NCBI GenBank assembly: GCA_031362725.1
Contig: JANLTC010000243.1
Coordinates: forward strand, 16,466 to 80,465
Direction: 5' to 3'
Source of the DNA: Deltaproteobacteria bacterium
GTDB taxonomy: Bacteria > Myxococcota_A > UBA9160 > PR03
Length of the DNA stretch: 64,000 bases
Shown here: one piece after another, positions 1-9,274 of the stretch
Layout of the letters: every line of letters begins with the position of its first letter
Position numbering within the stretch: position 1 is the first letter of the stretch
Program-made: the position numbers and the translations under genes
Notes under the pieces: model-generated
The model's input: only the letters and a program-made list of their open reading frames with translations
Database searches by the model: none
Told to the model about the DNA's origin: nothing

Positions 1-1071
1 CGACGTGGCGGGCCGTGTCGCCGCCATCGAGCAGTACTCGGCGACTCCCGTCGAGAGCGGCGCCGTTCCGATCTGCTCGGCGAGCCGGATGATCTCGTCC
101 TTGTTGACCCCGACCAGCGGACGCAGGATCGGGAGCGCGGTCGCCTGCGAGATCGCAGCGAGATTCGAAAGCGTCTGCGAGGAGACCTGGCCGACTGCGT
201 CGCCGGTGACCAGCGCGGCCGCGCGACGCTTGGCCGCCACCGCTTCGGCGGCACGCAACATCTGGCGCTTCAGCATCAGCTGCCAGTAGCGCGACGTCGT
301 TTTCGCGCGGATCTCGGTCGCGACCGCTGCGAAGTCGATCGCGTACAGCTGCGGGAAGTCGCCGTAGGACCAGCGCTCGGCCAGCAACCGCGCGACGCGC
401 AGCGCGCCCTTTTCGTGCGCGCTGCCACCGAGATTGCAGAACAGATAGTCGAGGCGAACACCGCGCCGCAGCATCTGCCAGGCGGCGACGGCGGAATCGA
501 AGCCTCCGGAAAGCAGCGCGATTGCGCCCCCCTCGATGCCGAGCGGAAGACCCGCCGGTCCGCGCCACTGCTCCGCGCACAGGTAGGCGCAGCTCTCGTG
601 CAGCTCGATCGAGACGACGACTTCGGGATCGTCGAGATCGACCCTTGCGGCATGTCGCAACAACGCCGCGCCGAGCGCATGCTCGATCGCGCGCGAATCG
701 AACCCGATCTTCGAGCGATCGCCGACGCGCCGTGCGCGTACGGCGAAGCGCTTGCCGACGACGGCGCCGCGGAACTGCTCGTACGCGGCGCGCACGAGTT
801 CGTCCTGCTTCTCCGCCGGATGCACCGTCGCGACTGCCAGTGACTGCACGCCGAACACGCGCGACAGCGTCTCGGCGACGCGCAGGTCGCCCGTGTCGAT
901 GAAGACGCGATTGCGCGTGCGCGAGACGCGCGCCGCGCAGCCGCATGTGCGCAGCGCGTCGCGCACGTTCCGCAGCAGACGGGCCTCGAAGCGCGTGCGC
1001 GTCGGCTTGGCCTTGGTGGCGATCTCGCCGGAGAAGCGCAGCAGGATCACCGCGCGATCGGGGTCGGGCAC
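1..1071 (-). CDS. thiI: tRNA 4-thiouridine synthase ThiI, partial (3' end runs off the window)
   Basis: Absent from the ORF track because it has no stop inside the window. My reverse translation from GTG 1071 reads VPDPDRAVILLRFSGEIATKAKPTRTRFEARLLRNV. It contains the PP-loop SGGFDSAVAAW (Ser codon starts at 510) and stays in frame down to position 1. Confidence 0.8.
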   Translation of the reverse strand, partial: MPDPDRAVILLRFSGEIATKAKPTRTRFEARLLRNVRDALRTCGCAARVSRTRNRVFIDTGDLRVAETLSRVFGVQSLAVATVHPAEKQDELVRAAYEQFRGAVVGKRFAVRARRVGDRSKIGFDSRAIEHALGAALLRHAARVDLDDPEVVVSIELHESCAYLCAEQWRGPAGLPLGIEGGAIALLSGGFDSAVAAWQMLRRGVRLDYLFCNLGGSAHEKGALRVARLLAERWSYGDFPQLYAIDFAAVATEIRAKTTSRYWQLMLKRQMLRAAEAVAAKRRAAALVTGDAVGQVSSQTLSNLAAISQATALPILRPLVGVNKDEIIRLAEQIGTAPLSTGVAEYCSMAATRPATS

Positions 1072-1100
1072 GGTCGCAAGCTACCGCTACATTGCGCGCC

Positions 1101-1847
1101 GTGCTGGATTGGAACGGAACGCCGCTCGACGCGCTACTGCTCGATCTCGACGACACGATCCTCGACAACCGAGCCGGCCTCGACACGGGATTGCGCGCGT
1201 TCGCGCAATGGCTCGCGGCGTCGCTCGGCGATGTCGAGCCCGCCGTCGTGCAGGCGCAGCTGCGCAAGAGCGCCGACTGGTTCTGGTCCGATGACGAGCG
1301 CCATCGCTCGGGCCGTCTCGACATGCCCGGTTCGCGACGCGCGTTTCTCACCCACGCGATCGAAACGTTGGGTCGTCCGGCGCCCGATCTCGCTCTCGAA
1401 GCGACCGATCGCTACGGCGCGCTGCGCGAGGCGTGCCTCGCGCCGTTCGACGGCGCACTCGAAGCGCTCGCGCAGATGCGGGAACGCGTGCCCGCGCTGG
1501 GTCTCGTCACCAACGGCGCCGCCGCCGCGCAGCGGGCGAAGATCGAGCGCTTCGACCTCGCGCATTTCTTCGACGTGATCGTCGTCGAGGGCGAAGCGGG
1601 CTTCGGCAAACCCGATCGGCGCGTGTTCGACCGCGCCCTCGCTGCGGTGGATGTGTCGCCGTCGCGCGCGCTGATGGCGGGCGACAACTACGAATGCGAC
1701 GTGCTGGGCTCGCTCGGCGCGGGACTTCACGCGGTGTGGATCGACCGCGAGCGCCGGGCGCAGACACCGGCCGTGCCGCCGCGGCCGCACGGAAAGCACG
1801 CGTCGTTCGTCGAGTTGGCCCGCGAACTCGGAGTTCGCGTTGGCTGA
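1101..1847 (+). CDS. HAD-superfamily hydrolase
   Basis: ORF 945..1847 trimmed to GTG 1101 because the upstream part overlaps thiI. HAD motif I LLLDLDDTILDN, then LVTNG and GDNYECDV motifs. Confidence 0.75.
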   Translation: MLDWNGTPLDALLLDLDDTILDNRAGLDTGLRAFAQWLAASLGDVEPAVVQAQLRKSADWFWSDDERHRSGRLDMPGSRRAFLTHAIETLGRPAPDLALEATDRYGALREACLAPFDGALEALAQMRERVPALGLVTNGAAAAQRAKIERFDLAHFFDVIVVEGEAGFGKPDRRVFDRALAAVDVSPSRALMAGDNYECDVLGSLGAGLHAVWIDRERRAQTPAVPPRPHGKHASFVELARELGVRVG

Positions 1848-3048
1848 GCTGCGAAGGGTCGCGGTTGTGGGCGCGTCGCTGGCAGGACTGCGCGCGGTGG
1901 AAGCGCTGCGCGCACGCGGCTTCGATGGCCGCATCGACTGGATCGGCGCCGAGTCGCATCAACCCTATGATCGCCCGCCGCTCTCGAAGCAGGTGCTGCG
2001 CGGCGAGTGGGAACCCGAGCGCATCGCGCTCGCGCGCGGCGGGCTCGAAGGCCTCGCGGCGGAGCAGCACTTCGGTCGCCGCGCGTTGCGACTCGACGTG
2101 AATGCGCGGCGCATCGAAGTCGATGACGGCGCTTCCATCGGATTCGACGGCCTCGTGATCGCGACCGGCGCCGCACCGCGCCGGCTCCCGGGGCAGCCGC
2201 AACTCGATGGTGTGTTCGTGTTGCGCACGCTCGACGACGCACTCGCGATCCGCCACGCGCTCGATGCGCAGCCGCGCGTCGTCGTGGTCGGCGGCGGCTT
2301 CATCGGCGCGGAAGTCGCGGCGTCGGCCCAGCAGCGCGGCGCCACCGTGACGATGGTCGAAGCGCTCGGCAATCCACTCGAGCAGGCGCTCGGCCCCGCG
2401 CTCGGCGCGCTCTTCGCCGCGATCCACCGCGATCATGGCGTGCTCGTGCGCACCGGCGTCGCGGTCGTCGCGATCGAAGGCGAGCGCCAGGTCGAACGCG
2501 TGCGACTCGCCGATGGCAGCGTGCTGCCCGCGGATCTCGTCGTCGTGGGCATCGGCGTGCGACCGGAAACGGCGTGGCTCGAAGACTCGGACGTCGCGCT
2601 ACGAGACGGTGTCGTGTGCGACGCGAGTTGCGCAACGAACGTCCCCGCGGTGGTCGCAGCGGGCGACGTCGCACGCTGGATGAACCCGCGTTACGGCGAG
2701 TCGATGCGCGTCGAGCACTGGACGAACGCGGTCGAACAGGCGCAGGCCGCCGTGGCTCGTCTGCTGGATGGCCCCGAAGCGGCGCAGCCCTTCGCCCCGG
2801 TGCCCTACGTGTGGAGTGATCAGTACGACGCGAAGCTCGCGGTCGCCGGTCGCCCGCGCGCGGGCGACGACGTGCGCGTCGTCGACGGATCGTTCGACGA
2901 GCGAAAGTTCGTTGCGATCTACGGCAGGGCGGGGCGCCTCGTCGGCGCGGTCGCGATGAACCGGATGCGCAAGCACCTCGATTGGCGCAAGTTGCTGCAC
3001 GAAGACATCGCGTGGGACGACGCGTTGAAGCGCGCAGCGGCGACCTGA
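1840..3048 (+). CDS. FAD/NAD(P)-dependent oxidoreductase, ferredoxin/rubredoxin-reductase-like
   Basis: 402-aa ORF. Two Rossmann motifs, VAVVGASLAGL and VVVVGGGFIGAE. TTG start overlaps the HAD stop by 8 nt. Confidence 0.8.
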   Translation: MAELRRVAVVGASLAGLRAVEALRARGFDGRIDWIGAESHQPYDRPPLSKQVLRGEWEPERIALARGGLEGLAAEQHFGRRALRLDVNARRIEVDDGASIGFDGLVIATGAAPRRLPGQPQLDGVFVLRTLDDALAIRHALDAQPRVVVVGGGFIGAEVAASAQQRGATVTMVEALGNPLEQALGPALGALFAAIHRDHGVLVRTGVAVVAIEGERQVERVRLADGSVLPADLVVVGIGVRPETAWLEDSDVALRDGVVCDASCATNVPAVVAAGDVARWMNPRYGESMRVEHWTNAVEQAQAAVARLLDGPEAAQPFAPVPYVWSDQYDAKLAVAGRPRAGDDVRVVDGSFDERKFVAIYGRAGRLVGAVAMNRMRKHLDWRKLLHEDIAWDDALKRAAAT

Positions 3049-3058
3049 TCGAACGCGA

Positions 3059-4693
3059 TCAGTCCCAGAACCCGATCGCGCAGCCGTCCTTGCGGCGGTC
3101 GCTCGCACCGACCAGTACGCCGTCCTCGCCGATCGCAACGGCCTGCCCGCCGCCGAACACATCCGCCATCGCTTCGCCCGGCGCGATCACCCGGTGTCCG
3201 CGTGCGGTGAGCGCTTCGCCGAGCGTTCCGCCTTCGTCGACACGAAGCTGCGGCGCTTCGATCGCCACGTTGCGCTCGCCCTCGAAGCGAAAGCGCGGCC
3301 GGTCGATCGCTTCCTGCGGGTTCAGTCCGTGGTCCACCAGGTTCGCGACGAAGTTCAGGTGCGATTGCGGCTGCACGTCGCCGCCCATCAGACCGAAGGC
3401 CATCTGCGGTCGCCCGTCGCGACGCAGCATGCCTGGGATGATGGTGTGGAACGGTCGCTTGCCCGGCGCGATGCAGTTCGGGTGATCGGGGTCGAGCACG
3501 AAGCCCGCGCCGCGGCTCTGGAGCACGATGCCGGTGTCGCCACAACCGATGCCCGATCCGAAGCCCGTGAAGAGACTCTGGATGAACGACACCAGATTGC
3601 CATGTTCGTCGGCCGTGCACAGGTAGATGGTGTCGCTCTCGAGTCCGGCGGCGACGCCGGGCTGCGCGCGCTCGCCGATCAGCGCCGCGCGGCGTCGCGC
3701 GTAGCCCTTGTCGAGCAGTGCTTCGACTGGCACCGGCGTGTGTTCGGGATCGGCGATGTACGCGGCGCGATCCGCGAACGCCACCTTCACCGCTTCGATG
3801 CGACGGTGCCAATCGAGCGCGCTCGTGGACGGCGCAGCCTCGAAACACTCGAGCAGGTTGAGCGCTTGCAGCGCGGCGAGGCCCTGGCCGTTCGGCGGCA
3901 GCTCGAGCACCTCGACGCCGCGATACGTCGTCGCGATCGGTTCCACCCACGTCGATCTGTGACGCGCGAGATCGTCCGCCTCGAAGAAGCCGTCGTGCTC
4001 ACGCGACGCGGCGACGATTGCGCGCGCAGCGTCGCCTTCGTAGAACGCAGCCGCGCCGCCCTCGGCGATTTCGCGCAGCGTGCGCGCGAGGCCCGGCGCA
4101 CGAAACCACGCGCCCGCGCGCGGCGCGCGACCGGCCATGAGCCAGCTCGAACGCGCCGCGTCGTTGCGCAGCGCTCCGAGGCGTTCGAGCAGGAACCAGA
4201 CATGCGCGACGATTTCAGTCACCGGGAAGCCCGCGTCGGCGGCACGGATCGCGGGTCCGAGTGCCGTTGCAAGGGGCAGCGCCCCGAAGCGGCGCGACAG
4301 CGTCTCCCACGCATGTACGGCGCCCGGCACGGTGGCGGAAAGAATGCCGCGCGGCGCAATCGTCGTGAGTCCGCGCGCGCGGTAGGCGTCGTGGCTCGCG
4401 CCAGCCGGCGCGCGACCGCTGCCGTTCAGGCAGACGATGCGCCCCTCGGCGGCAGACGCGAGCAGCGCGAACGCATCGCCGCCGACGCCCGTCATCATCG
4501 GCTCGACGACGCAGAGCACGGCCGCGGCGGCGATCGCCGCGTCGATCGCGTTGCCGCCCTGTCGCAGCATCTCGACGCCCGCCGCCGACGCGATCGGCAC
4601 GCTCGAGCAAACCATGCCGCGGCGTGCCAGCACGCAGGAGCGCTCGCTGCGGAACGGATCGAGCGCGCGCCCGCGTCGAGTCGCGAGTGTCAT
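3059..4693 (-). CDS. ggt: gamma-glutamyltransferase family protein (no signal peptide)
   Basis: ORF 3059..4894 trimmed to ATG 4693 (MTLATRRG) because the extension overlaps the next gene. GGT-like GVGGDAFAL, candidate nucleophile region DTIYLCTADEHGN, and LMGGDVQPQ near the C-terminus. Confidence 0.8.
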   Translation of the reverse strand: MTLATRRGRALDPFRSERSCVLARRGMVCSSVPIASAAGVEMLRQGGNAIDAAIAAAAVLCVVEPMMTGVGGDAFALLASAAEGRIVCLNGSGRAPAGASHDAYRARGLTTIAPRGILSATVPGAVHAWETLSRRFGALPLATALGPAIRAADAGFPVTEIVAHVWFLLERLGALRNDAARSSWLMAGRAPRAGAWFRAPGLARTLREIAEGGAAAFYEGDAARAIVAASREHDGFFEADDLARHRSTWVEPIATTYRGVEVLELPPNGQGLAALQALNLLECFEAAPSTSALDWHRRIEAVKVAFADRAAYIADPEHTPVPVEALLDKGYARRRAALIGERAQPGVAAGLESDTIYLCTADEHGNLVSFIQSLFTGFGSGIGCGDTGIVLQSRGAGFVLDPDHPNCIAPGKRPFHTIIPGMLRRDGRPQMAFGLMGGDVQPQSHLNFVANLVDHGLNPQEAIDRPRFRFEGERNVAIEAPQLRVDEGGTLGEALTARGHRVIAPGEAMADVFGGGQAVAIGEDGVLVGASDRRKDGCAIGFWD

Positions 4694-4722
4694 GCCGCCA
4701 CCGTAGCGCGCGGTCGGTGGGA

Positions 4723-5196
4723 TCAGCCGGATCCGCGGGTCGGGCCGTCCGAGCCGCCCCAGACCCGGTGCACCGCGAAGAGTGCGGCGATTGCCAGCGC
4801 TCCCGCGACGAAGAGCAGCCACAGGTATTGATCCGCCTTGGCCGCAACGAACAGCGTCAGCGTGAGCAGCAATCCGACGAAAAGGAACGACCAATCGAGA
4901 TGGACGCCGGCCAGCAGACAGCCGAGCGCCAGCAGCGTCAGCGCGTTCAGGCCGGCCGAGACCTGCGTCTCGACCCCCGCGCCGCGGATGCTGAAGTCGA
5001 GCGCAACGAAGCCGGCGATCGCGAGCCAGTGCAGAACCTGGCGCAGCACCAGACGTTCACCGCTCTGCTGCGAGCGCCGCCAGGCCGTGACGATGCAGAG
5101 CGCGCCGTAGATCGGGACCAGCGACACCCAGTAGTTTCGCGCGAGCAGCGGCTTGGCGGTTGCGAGGCCGACGCCCAGCAGCGCCAGCACGACCAT
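4723..5196 (-). CDS. integral membrane protein, unknown function
   Basis: 157-aa ORF with about 5 hydrophobic spans and high GC3. The frame stays open upstream to 5261, so the start is uncertain. Confidence 0.55.
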   Translation of the reverse strand: MVVLALLGVGLATAKPLLARNYWVSLVPIYGALCIVTAWRRSQQSGERLVLRQVLHWLAIAGFVALDFSIRGAGVETQVSAGLNALTLLALGCLLAGVHLDWSFLFVGLLLTLTLFVAAKADQYLWLLFVAGALAIAALFAVHRVWGGSDGPTRGSG

Positions 5197-5261
5197 GAGC
5201 AGCGCGACAGCGGCGGTGATCCGCCACGCGGTAGGGCTCGTCGGAGCGTGCGGTTGGGCGC

Positions 5262-5453
5262 TCAGGGTGCGGGCGATCCGGCTGAGGCCGGGGCGCCGGC
5301 CGCCGTCTCATCCATCACCTCGACCGAGTCGTCGAGCGTCAGCACGTAGATCCCGATCGCGCCCAGCATCACGATCACTGCGACCCACGTCCGCCAATCC
5401 TTGTGGATCCCCGGCCGTTGCGATTGCTGGTGTCCGGGATGACGTTCGCTCAA
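5262..5453 (-). CDS. small single-pass membrane protein
   Basis: 63-aa ORF with one TM (WVAVIVMLGAIGIYVL). Its stop abuts the next membrane-protein frame. Confidence 0.4.
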   Translation of the reverse strand: MSERHPGHQQSQRPGIHKDWRTWVAVIVMLGAIGIYVLTLDDSVEVMDETAAGAPASAGSPAP

Positions 5454-5654
5454 TCGAGTGTCCTCCGACCGGCGACGCCGGGAGCCGCGCGCATCGCGAT
5501 GACCGCGAAGTCGCAGCTGGCCGAAGCTCGCACCGGCTCCGCGGGTTGTCGAGCATCGCCGAACGGCCCGGACCGGCTCGCCACCAACCGAGAATCAAGC
5601 GAGCACGCGGGGCAACCGATCCCAAGTTGAAGTTGCGGACACAAAGGAAGCGCG

Positions 5655-6083
5655 ATGGGCGACTACAGGGACGGAGCTTCTCGATATCGCGTCGACGTGC
5701 TGCCGTGGGCCGAGATCGGTCCCGGCGGGATCGCGTTTCGCGAAGGCGCGGAACGGGCGACGCTGCCGTGGAGCCGGGTGCTGCATGCACTCGCCGCCTA
5801 CGTGGGCGAGCCCGAAGGCGTCTGCACGATCGTCTTCGATCTGGTCGTCGAGCGGAAGGAGACCGAATGCCTGGTCTGTCGCTTCGACGCCGACCCGGGC
5901 GAGCCCGCCCAGACTGCCGCGCGAGCGCTACTCGAAGGACTGGGGCGGACGCGCTGTTCGCGATCCCTCGCCGATCTCGCCGCGGAAGGCGTCCCCACCC
6001 GCAGCTACCCGGACCTCGATTCGCTCGCTGAAGCCTCGCTCCTCGAGCTCGGCTTCAGGCCTCATGAGCTCGCCGCTCGCTGA
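5655..6083 (+). CDS. hypothetical protein
   Basis: 142-aa ORF with AGGAAG 7 nt upstream of the ATG and high GC3. The last 7 codons and stop lie inside repeat copy 6061-6099. Confidence 0.5.
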   Translation: MGDYRDGASRYRVDVLPWAEIGPGGIAFREGAERATLPWSRVLHALAAYVGEPEGVCTIVFDLVVERKETECLVCRFDADPGEPAQTAARALLEGLGRTRCSRSLADLAAEGVPTRSYPDLDSLAEASLLELGFRPHELAAR

Positions 6084-6099
6084 GGCTCGCTACGCGGGA
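6061..6099 (-). repeat. dispersed REP/MITE-like repeat, copy A (CGCGTAGCGAGCC subfamily)
   Basis: CTCATGAGCTCGCCGCTCGCTGAGGCTCGCTACGCGGGA aligns with 10827-10868 and with the reverse complement of 55861-55908. Confidence 0.7.
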
Positions 6100-6103
6100 A
6101 GCG

Positions 6104-6742
6104 TTAGTCGGCGCTCCAATGCGAGGTGGTTGCTTGGATGCGGCGCAGCAGAACGGGCCACTTCGAGAGGATGCGACCGATGGATTGTGCGGCGCAGCGG
6201 ATCGGAGCCAGTGCGGTGGCGGGCGTCGCACCGAGGGCCGCGAGCGCCGACCGCATGCGGCCCTCGCGCTCGTAGAGATCGCCGGCGTGCGTGAGCGCGG
6301 CGTCGTCGCCCGGGCGCTGCGCGGCCAGCGCGAAACCCGTCGCAGCGAGCGCCGCGGCGCGGCGCAACTCGAGATGGCGAACGTCGCGTAGCCACGGACC
6401 TGCGCCGCCCGCGTGAACGCGGAGCCGCAACAAGCCGAGCGCGACGAGACCCAGGGCCGCTCCGCTGTTCCACGTCGTCGCCGCAATCGCTGCTGCGAGC
6501 AGCGTCCCGACGGTCGCGACTGCGCGCGGCGCGACTCCGACGAGCGACAGCGTCGCGCCGATCGCAAGCGCCTTCGCCCCGAGTTGCGGCTGCGCTTGCA
6601 GCGCGAGCGCGAGCCACGCGAATCCGAGCACGGCGCGAAGCGCCGCTTCAGCGCTTCGCAACGCGCCGCCGGTCTCGACGGGCGGCCGTCCGGCCGGCGG
6701 ATCGATGGCAGAGCGCACGTCTTCGAACGAGTTGGTCGACAT
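6104..6742 (-). CDS. membrane protein, unknown function
   Basis: ORF 6104..7009 trimmed to ATG 6742 (MSTNSFEDV) because the upstream part overlaps pal. Several Ala/Leu-rich hydrophobic spans. Confidence 0.5.
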   Translation of the reverse strand: MSTNSFEDVRSAIDPPAGRPPVETGGALRSAEAALRAVLGFAWLALALQAQPQLGAKALAIGATLSLVGVAPRAVATVGTLLAAAIAATTWNSGAALGLVALGLLRLRVHAGGAGPWLRDVRHLELRRAAALAATGFALAAQRPGDDAALTHAGDLYEREGRMRSALAALGATPATALAPIRCAAQSIGRILSKWPVLLRRIQATTSHWSAD

Positions 6743-6860
6743 CGTGCCCCTCGATCCGCGGCAGCCACGTCGCGTAGCCTTGCGCCAATCCCGTGAAATC
6801 TCCACACTCCGCCGGTTCAAAAGAGGGTTCCTGTGGCCCTCGTGAGGGGTGAGGAGAGTC

Positions 6861-7397
6861 ATGAAACGAGCAGCGATCTCGCGGATCGCGGTTCTGGGTG
6901 TCGTCGTCGCCGTCGTTCTGGCCGGCGCGGTCGGCTGCAGCAAGAAAAAGGCGGACGAGGAAGGCCTCGAAGGTGGCAGCGGCAGCGAGTTCAGCGACGG
7001 CAGCAGCACCAGCGGAGGGCGCGACGGCGACTCGGCGATGGCCGAGCCCGAGCGCGTGCGCGAGTTGGGGTCGGTCTACTTCGACTACGACAGTGCGTCG
7101 ATCCGCGACGACGCGCGCACCACGCTCAAAGCGAACGGACAGGCGATCACCGGCCACTCGGAGTGGAAGACGATCACGCTCGAAGGTCATACCGACGAGC
7201 GCGGCAGCGAGGAGTACAACCTCGCACTCGGCGAGCAGCGCGCGAACGCCGCGATGCAGTATCTCGTCGATCTCGGCGTTCCGCGGGCCCGCATGATCAC
7301 GGTCAGCTTCGGCGAAGGCTCGCCTGCGGTGCAGGGCAACGACGAGTCGGCCTGGCGCTGGAACCGCCGCGTCGATTTCAAGGTCTCTCGCAAGTAG
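6861..7397 (+). CDS. pal: peptidoglycan-associated lipoprotein Pal (OmpA-like domain)
   Basis: GAGGAGAG RBS before ATG 6861, lipobox LAGAVGC, and OmpA-like GHTDERGSEEYNLALGEQRANA. Confidence 0.85.
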   Translation: MKRAAISRIAVLGVVVAVVLAGAVGCSKKKADEEGLEGGSGSEFSDGSSTSGGRDGDSAMAEPERVRELGSVYFDYDSASIRDDARTTLKANGQAITGHSEWKTITLEGHTDERGSEEYNLALGEQRANAAMQYLVDLGVPRARMITVSFGEGSPAVQGNDESAWRWNRRVDFKVSRK

Positions 7398-7422
7398 CCG
7401 TTCGCTCGATCGAAGGATGAAT

Positions 7423-7461
7423 CCGGGGCCTGGCGTCTTTGGCGTCTGGCCCCGTTTCTTT
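7423..7461 (+). terminator. probable rho-independent terminator after pal
   Basis: CCGGGGCC ... GGCCCCG stem followed by TTTCTTT. Confidence 0.5.
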
Positions 7462-7511
7462 GATACCGTGGACGATTCACGGAACCGACCATCGACCGAC
7501 GGAGGCCCCCC

Positions 7512-9158
7512 ATGCCCGTACACGGCGGCAAGATCCTTGCCCGCGCGCTGAAGAACGCTGGCGTCGAATGCATCTTCACCCTCTCGGGCGGCCACATCAT
7601 GCCGCTCTACGACGGCTGCATCGACGAGGGAATCCGGATCATCGACGTGCGCCACGAGCAGGCGGCCGTGCATGCCGCCGACGCGTGGGCGCGCTGCAAC
7701 CCGGGCAAGATCGGCGTCGCCGCGATCACCGCGGGTCCGGGCGTGACGGACGGCGTCACCGGTGTCGCGAACGCGTGGCGCGCAAACTCGCCGATCCTGG
7801 TGATCGGCGGCCAGGGCCCGTTCGCGAACCTGCGCCGTGGCTCGCTCCAGGAGATGGATCACGTCAACCTGATGCGGCCGATCACCAAGTGGGTCGACTC
7901 CTGCTACCAGACCCACCGCATAGCCGAGTACGCCGAGTTGGGCATTCGCCATGCGGTGTCGGGCATCCCGGGGCCTGCGTTCCTCGAGATCCCGATGGAC
8001 GTGTTCATGGGCCAGTGCGAGTGGGCCGACGCGATGCTGCCGCCGATCCGCACCAGCCCGCCGCGGCTGGCGCCCGATCGCGTCGACGTGCGCGAGGCGC
8101 TCGAACTGCTGCGCAACTGCCAGCGCCCGATGCTGATGGCCGGCACCAGCGTGAAGTGGTCGATGGCGAGCCCGGCGATGAACGCGTTCCTCGATGAGAC
8201 GCAGATGCCCGGCTACACCAACGGCATGGGCCGCGGCACGATCCCGCCGACGTCGCCGAACTTCCTGAATCGCTCGCGACGCGAGGCGATGAAGAAGATC
8301 GATCTGATCATCCTAGCCGGCGCGCTGCTCGACTTCCGGCTCGCGTTCGGCAAGACGATCCCGGCCGACGCGAAGGTCGTGCAGCTCGACATGGATGCGA
8401 CGCTGATCGGGCAGAACCGCTACTCGGACGTCGGCCTCGTCGGCAATCTCGCCTGCAGCTTCGAGTTGCTGCTCGAAGAGATGAAGAACGCCGGCACGAA
8501 GCTCGACTTCAGCGGCTGGCGCGACGAACTGCGCAAGATCGAGGTCGAAGAAGAGAGCAAGGTCGAGGCGGCGCTGAACAGCAACGAGACGCCGGTCGAT
8601 CCGCAGCGCATGTGCCGCGAAACGCGCGACTGGCTCGCGACGCTCGGCGACACGATCGTGATCGGCGACGGCGGCGACATCGTCGCGACCGCCGCGAAGA
8701 TCCTGCCGGTGCCGCGCGAAGGCGCGTGGATGGATCCCGGTCCGCTCGGCACGCTCGGTGTCGGCATGCCGTTCGCGCTGGCCGCGCAGCTCGCGCATCC
8801 CAAGAAGCGCGTCGTCATCGTCTACGGCGACGGCTCGTTCGGCCTGAACGGCATGGAGTACGACACCGCCGTGCGTTTCAAGCTGCCGATCATCGGCGTG
8901 ATGGGCAACGACGGCGCCTGGGGCCAGATGATGCGCCCGCAGGGCGCCGTCTATGGCTGGGATCGGCTGCAGGCGACGCTGCTCGAGTACACGCGCTACG
9001 ACAAGGTCGTCGAAGCGCTCGGCGGTCACGGCGAGTATTGCGAGAAGCCCGAAGAGATCCGCCCGGCGCTCGATCGCGCTGCAGCGTCGGGTAAGCCTGC
9101 TTTGGTGAACATCAAGATCCGCCAGGATCGCCAGTACAAGGGCGGCATCTACGTCTGA
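7512..9158 (+). CDS. thiamine-pyrophosphate enzyme (acetolactate synthase / oxalyl-CoA decarboxylase / 2-hydroxyacyl-CoA lyase superfamily)
   Basis: 548-aa ORF. N-terminal TPP-pyrimidine domain (IDVRHEQAAVHAADAWAR, ITAGPGVTDG). C-terminal GDGSFGLNGMEYDTAVR TPP-binding motif. Confidence 0.85.
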   Translation: MPVHGGKILARALKNAGVECIFTLSGGHIMPLYDGCIDEGIRIIDVRHEQAAVHAADAWARCNPGKIGVAAITAGPGVTDGVTGVANAWRANSPILVIGGQGPFANLRRGSLQEMDHVNLMRPITKWVDSCYQTHRIAEYAELGIRHAVSGIPGPAFLEIPMDVFMGQCEWADAMLPPIRTSPPRLAPDRVDVREALELLRNCQRPMLMAGTSVKWSMASPAMNAFLDETQMPGYTNGMGRGTIPPTSPNFLNRSRREAMKKIDLIILAGALLDFRLAFGKTIPADAKVVQLDMDATLIGQNRYSDVGLVGNLACSFELLLEEMKNAGTKLDFSGWRDELRKIEVEEESKVEAALNSNETPVDPQRMCRETRDWLATLGDTIVIGDGGDIVATAAKILPVPREGAWMDPGPLGTLGVGMPFALAAQLAHPKKRVVIVYGDGSFGLNGMEYDTAVRFKLPIIGVMGNDGAWGQMMRPQGAVYGWDRLQATLLEYTRYDKVVEALGGHGEYCEKPEEIRPALDRAAASGKPALVNIKIRQDRQYKGGIYV

Positions 9159-9273
9159 GCAAGCCTGCGAAGCAGGCGCGCAGCGAGCCGCAGACGAGCG
9201 AAGTGCATAAGGACGCGTGCAAGCCCGCTTCGCGGGCGCGCAGCGAGCCAAAGGCGAGCGAAGTTCATAAGGA
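9159..9273 (+). repeat. tandem pair of the dispersed repeat (copies B1 9159-9213, B2 9214-9273)
   Basis: Each unit is a 6-bp stem/3-nt loop hairpin (GCCTGC-GAA-GCAGGC; GCCCGC-TTC-GCGGGC) followed by GCGCGCAGCGAGCC-N4-GCGAGCGAAGTNCATAAGGAC. Confidence 0.8.
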
Positions 9274-9274
9274 C

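Noticed and set aside
4694-4894. N-terminal 67-codon extension of the ggt ORF
   Set aside because: The extension overlaps the 3' end of the membrane-protein gene 4723..5196 and is Arg/Gly-rich. ATG 4693 gives a normal GGT N-terminus.
9159-9273. Possible CRISPR array (direct repeats)
   Set aside because: There are only two adjacent units with no spacers between them, and the same sequence is dispersed singly elsewhere. No cas genes are present. This is a REP/MITE-like repeat, not CRISPR.
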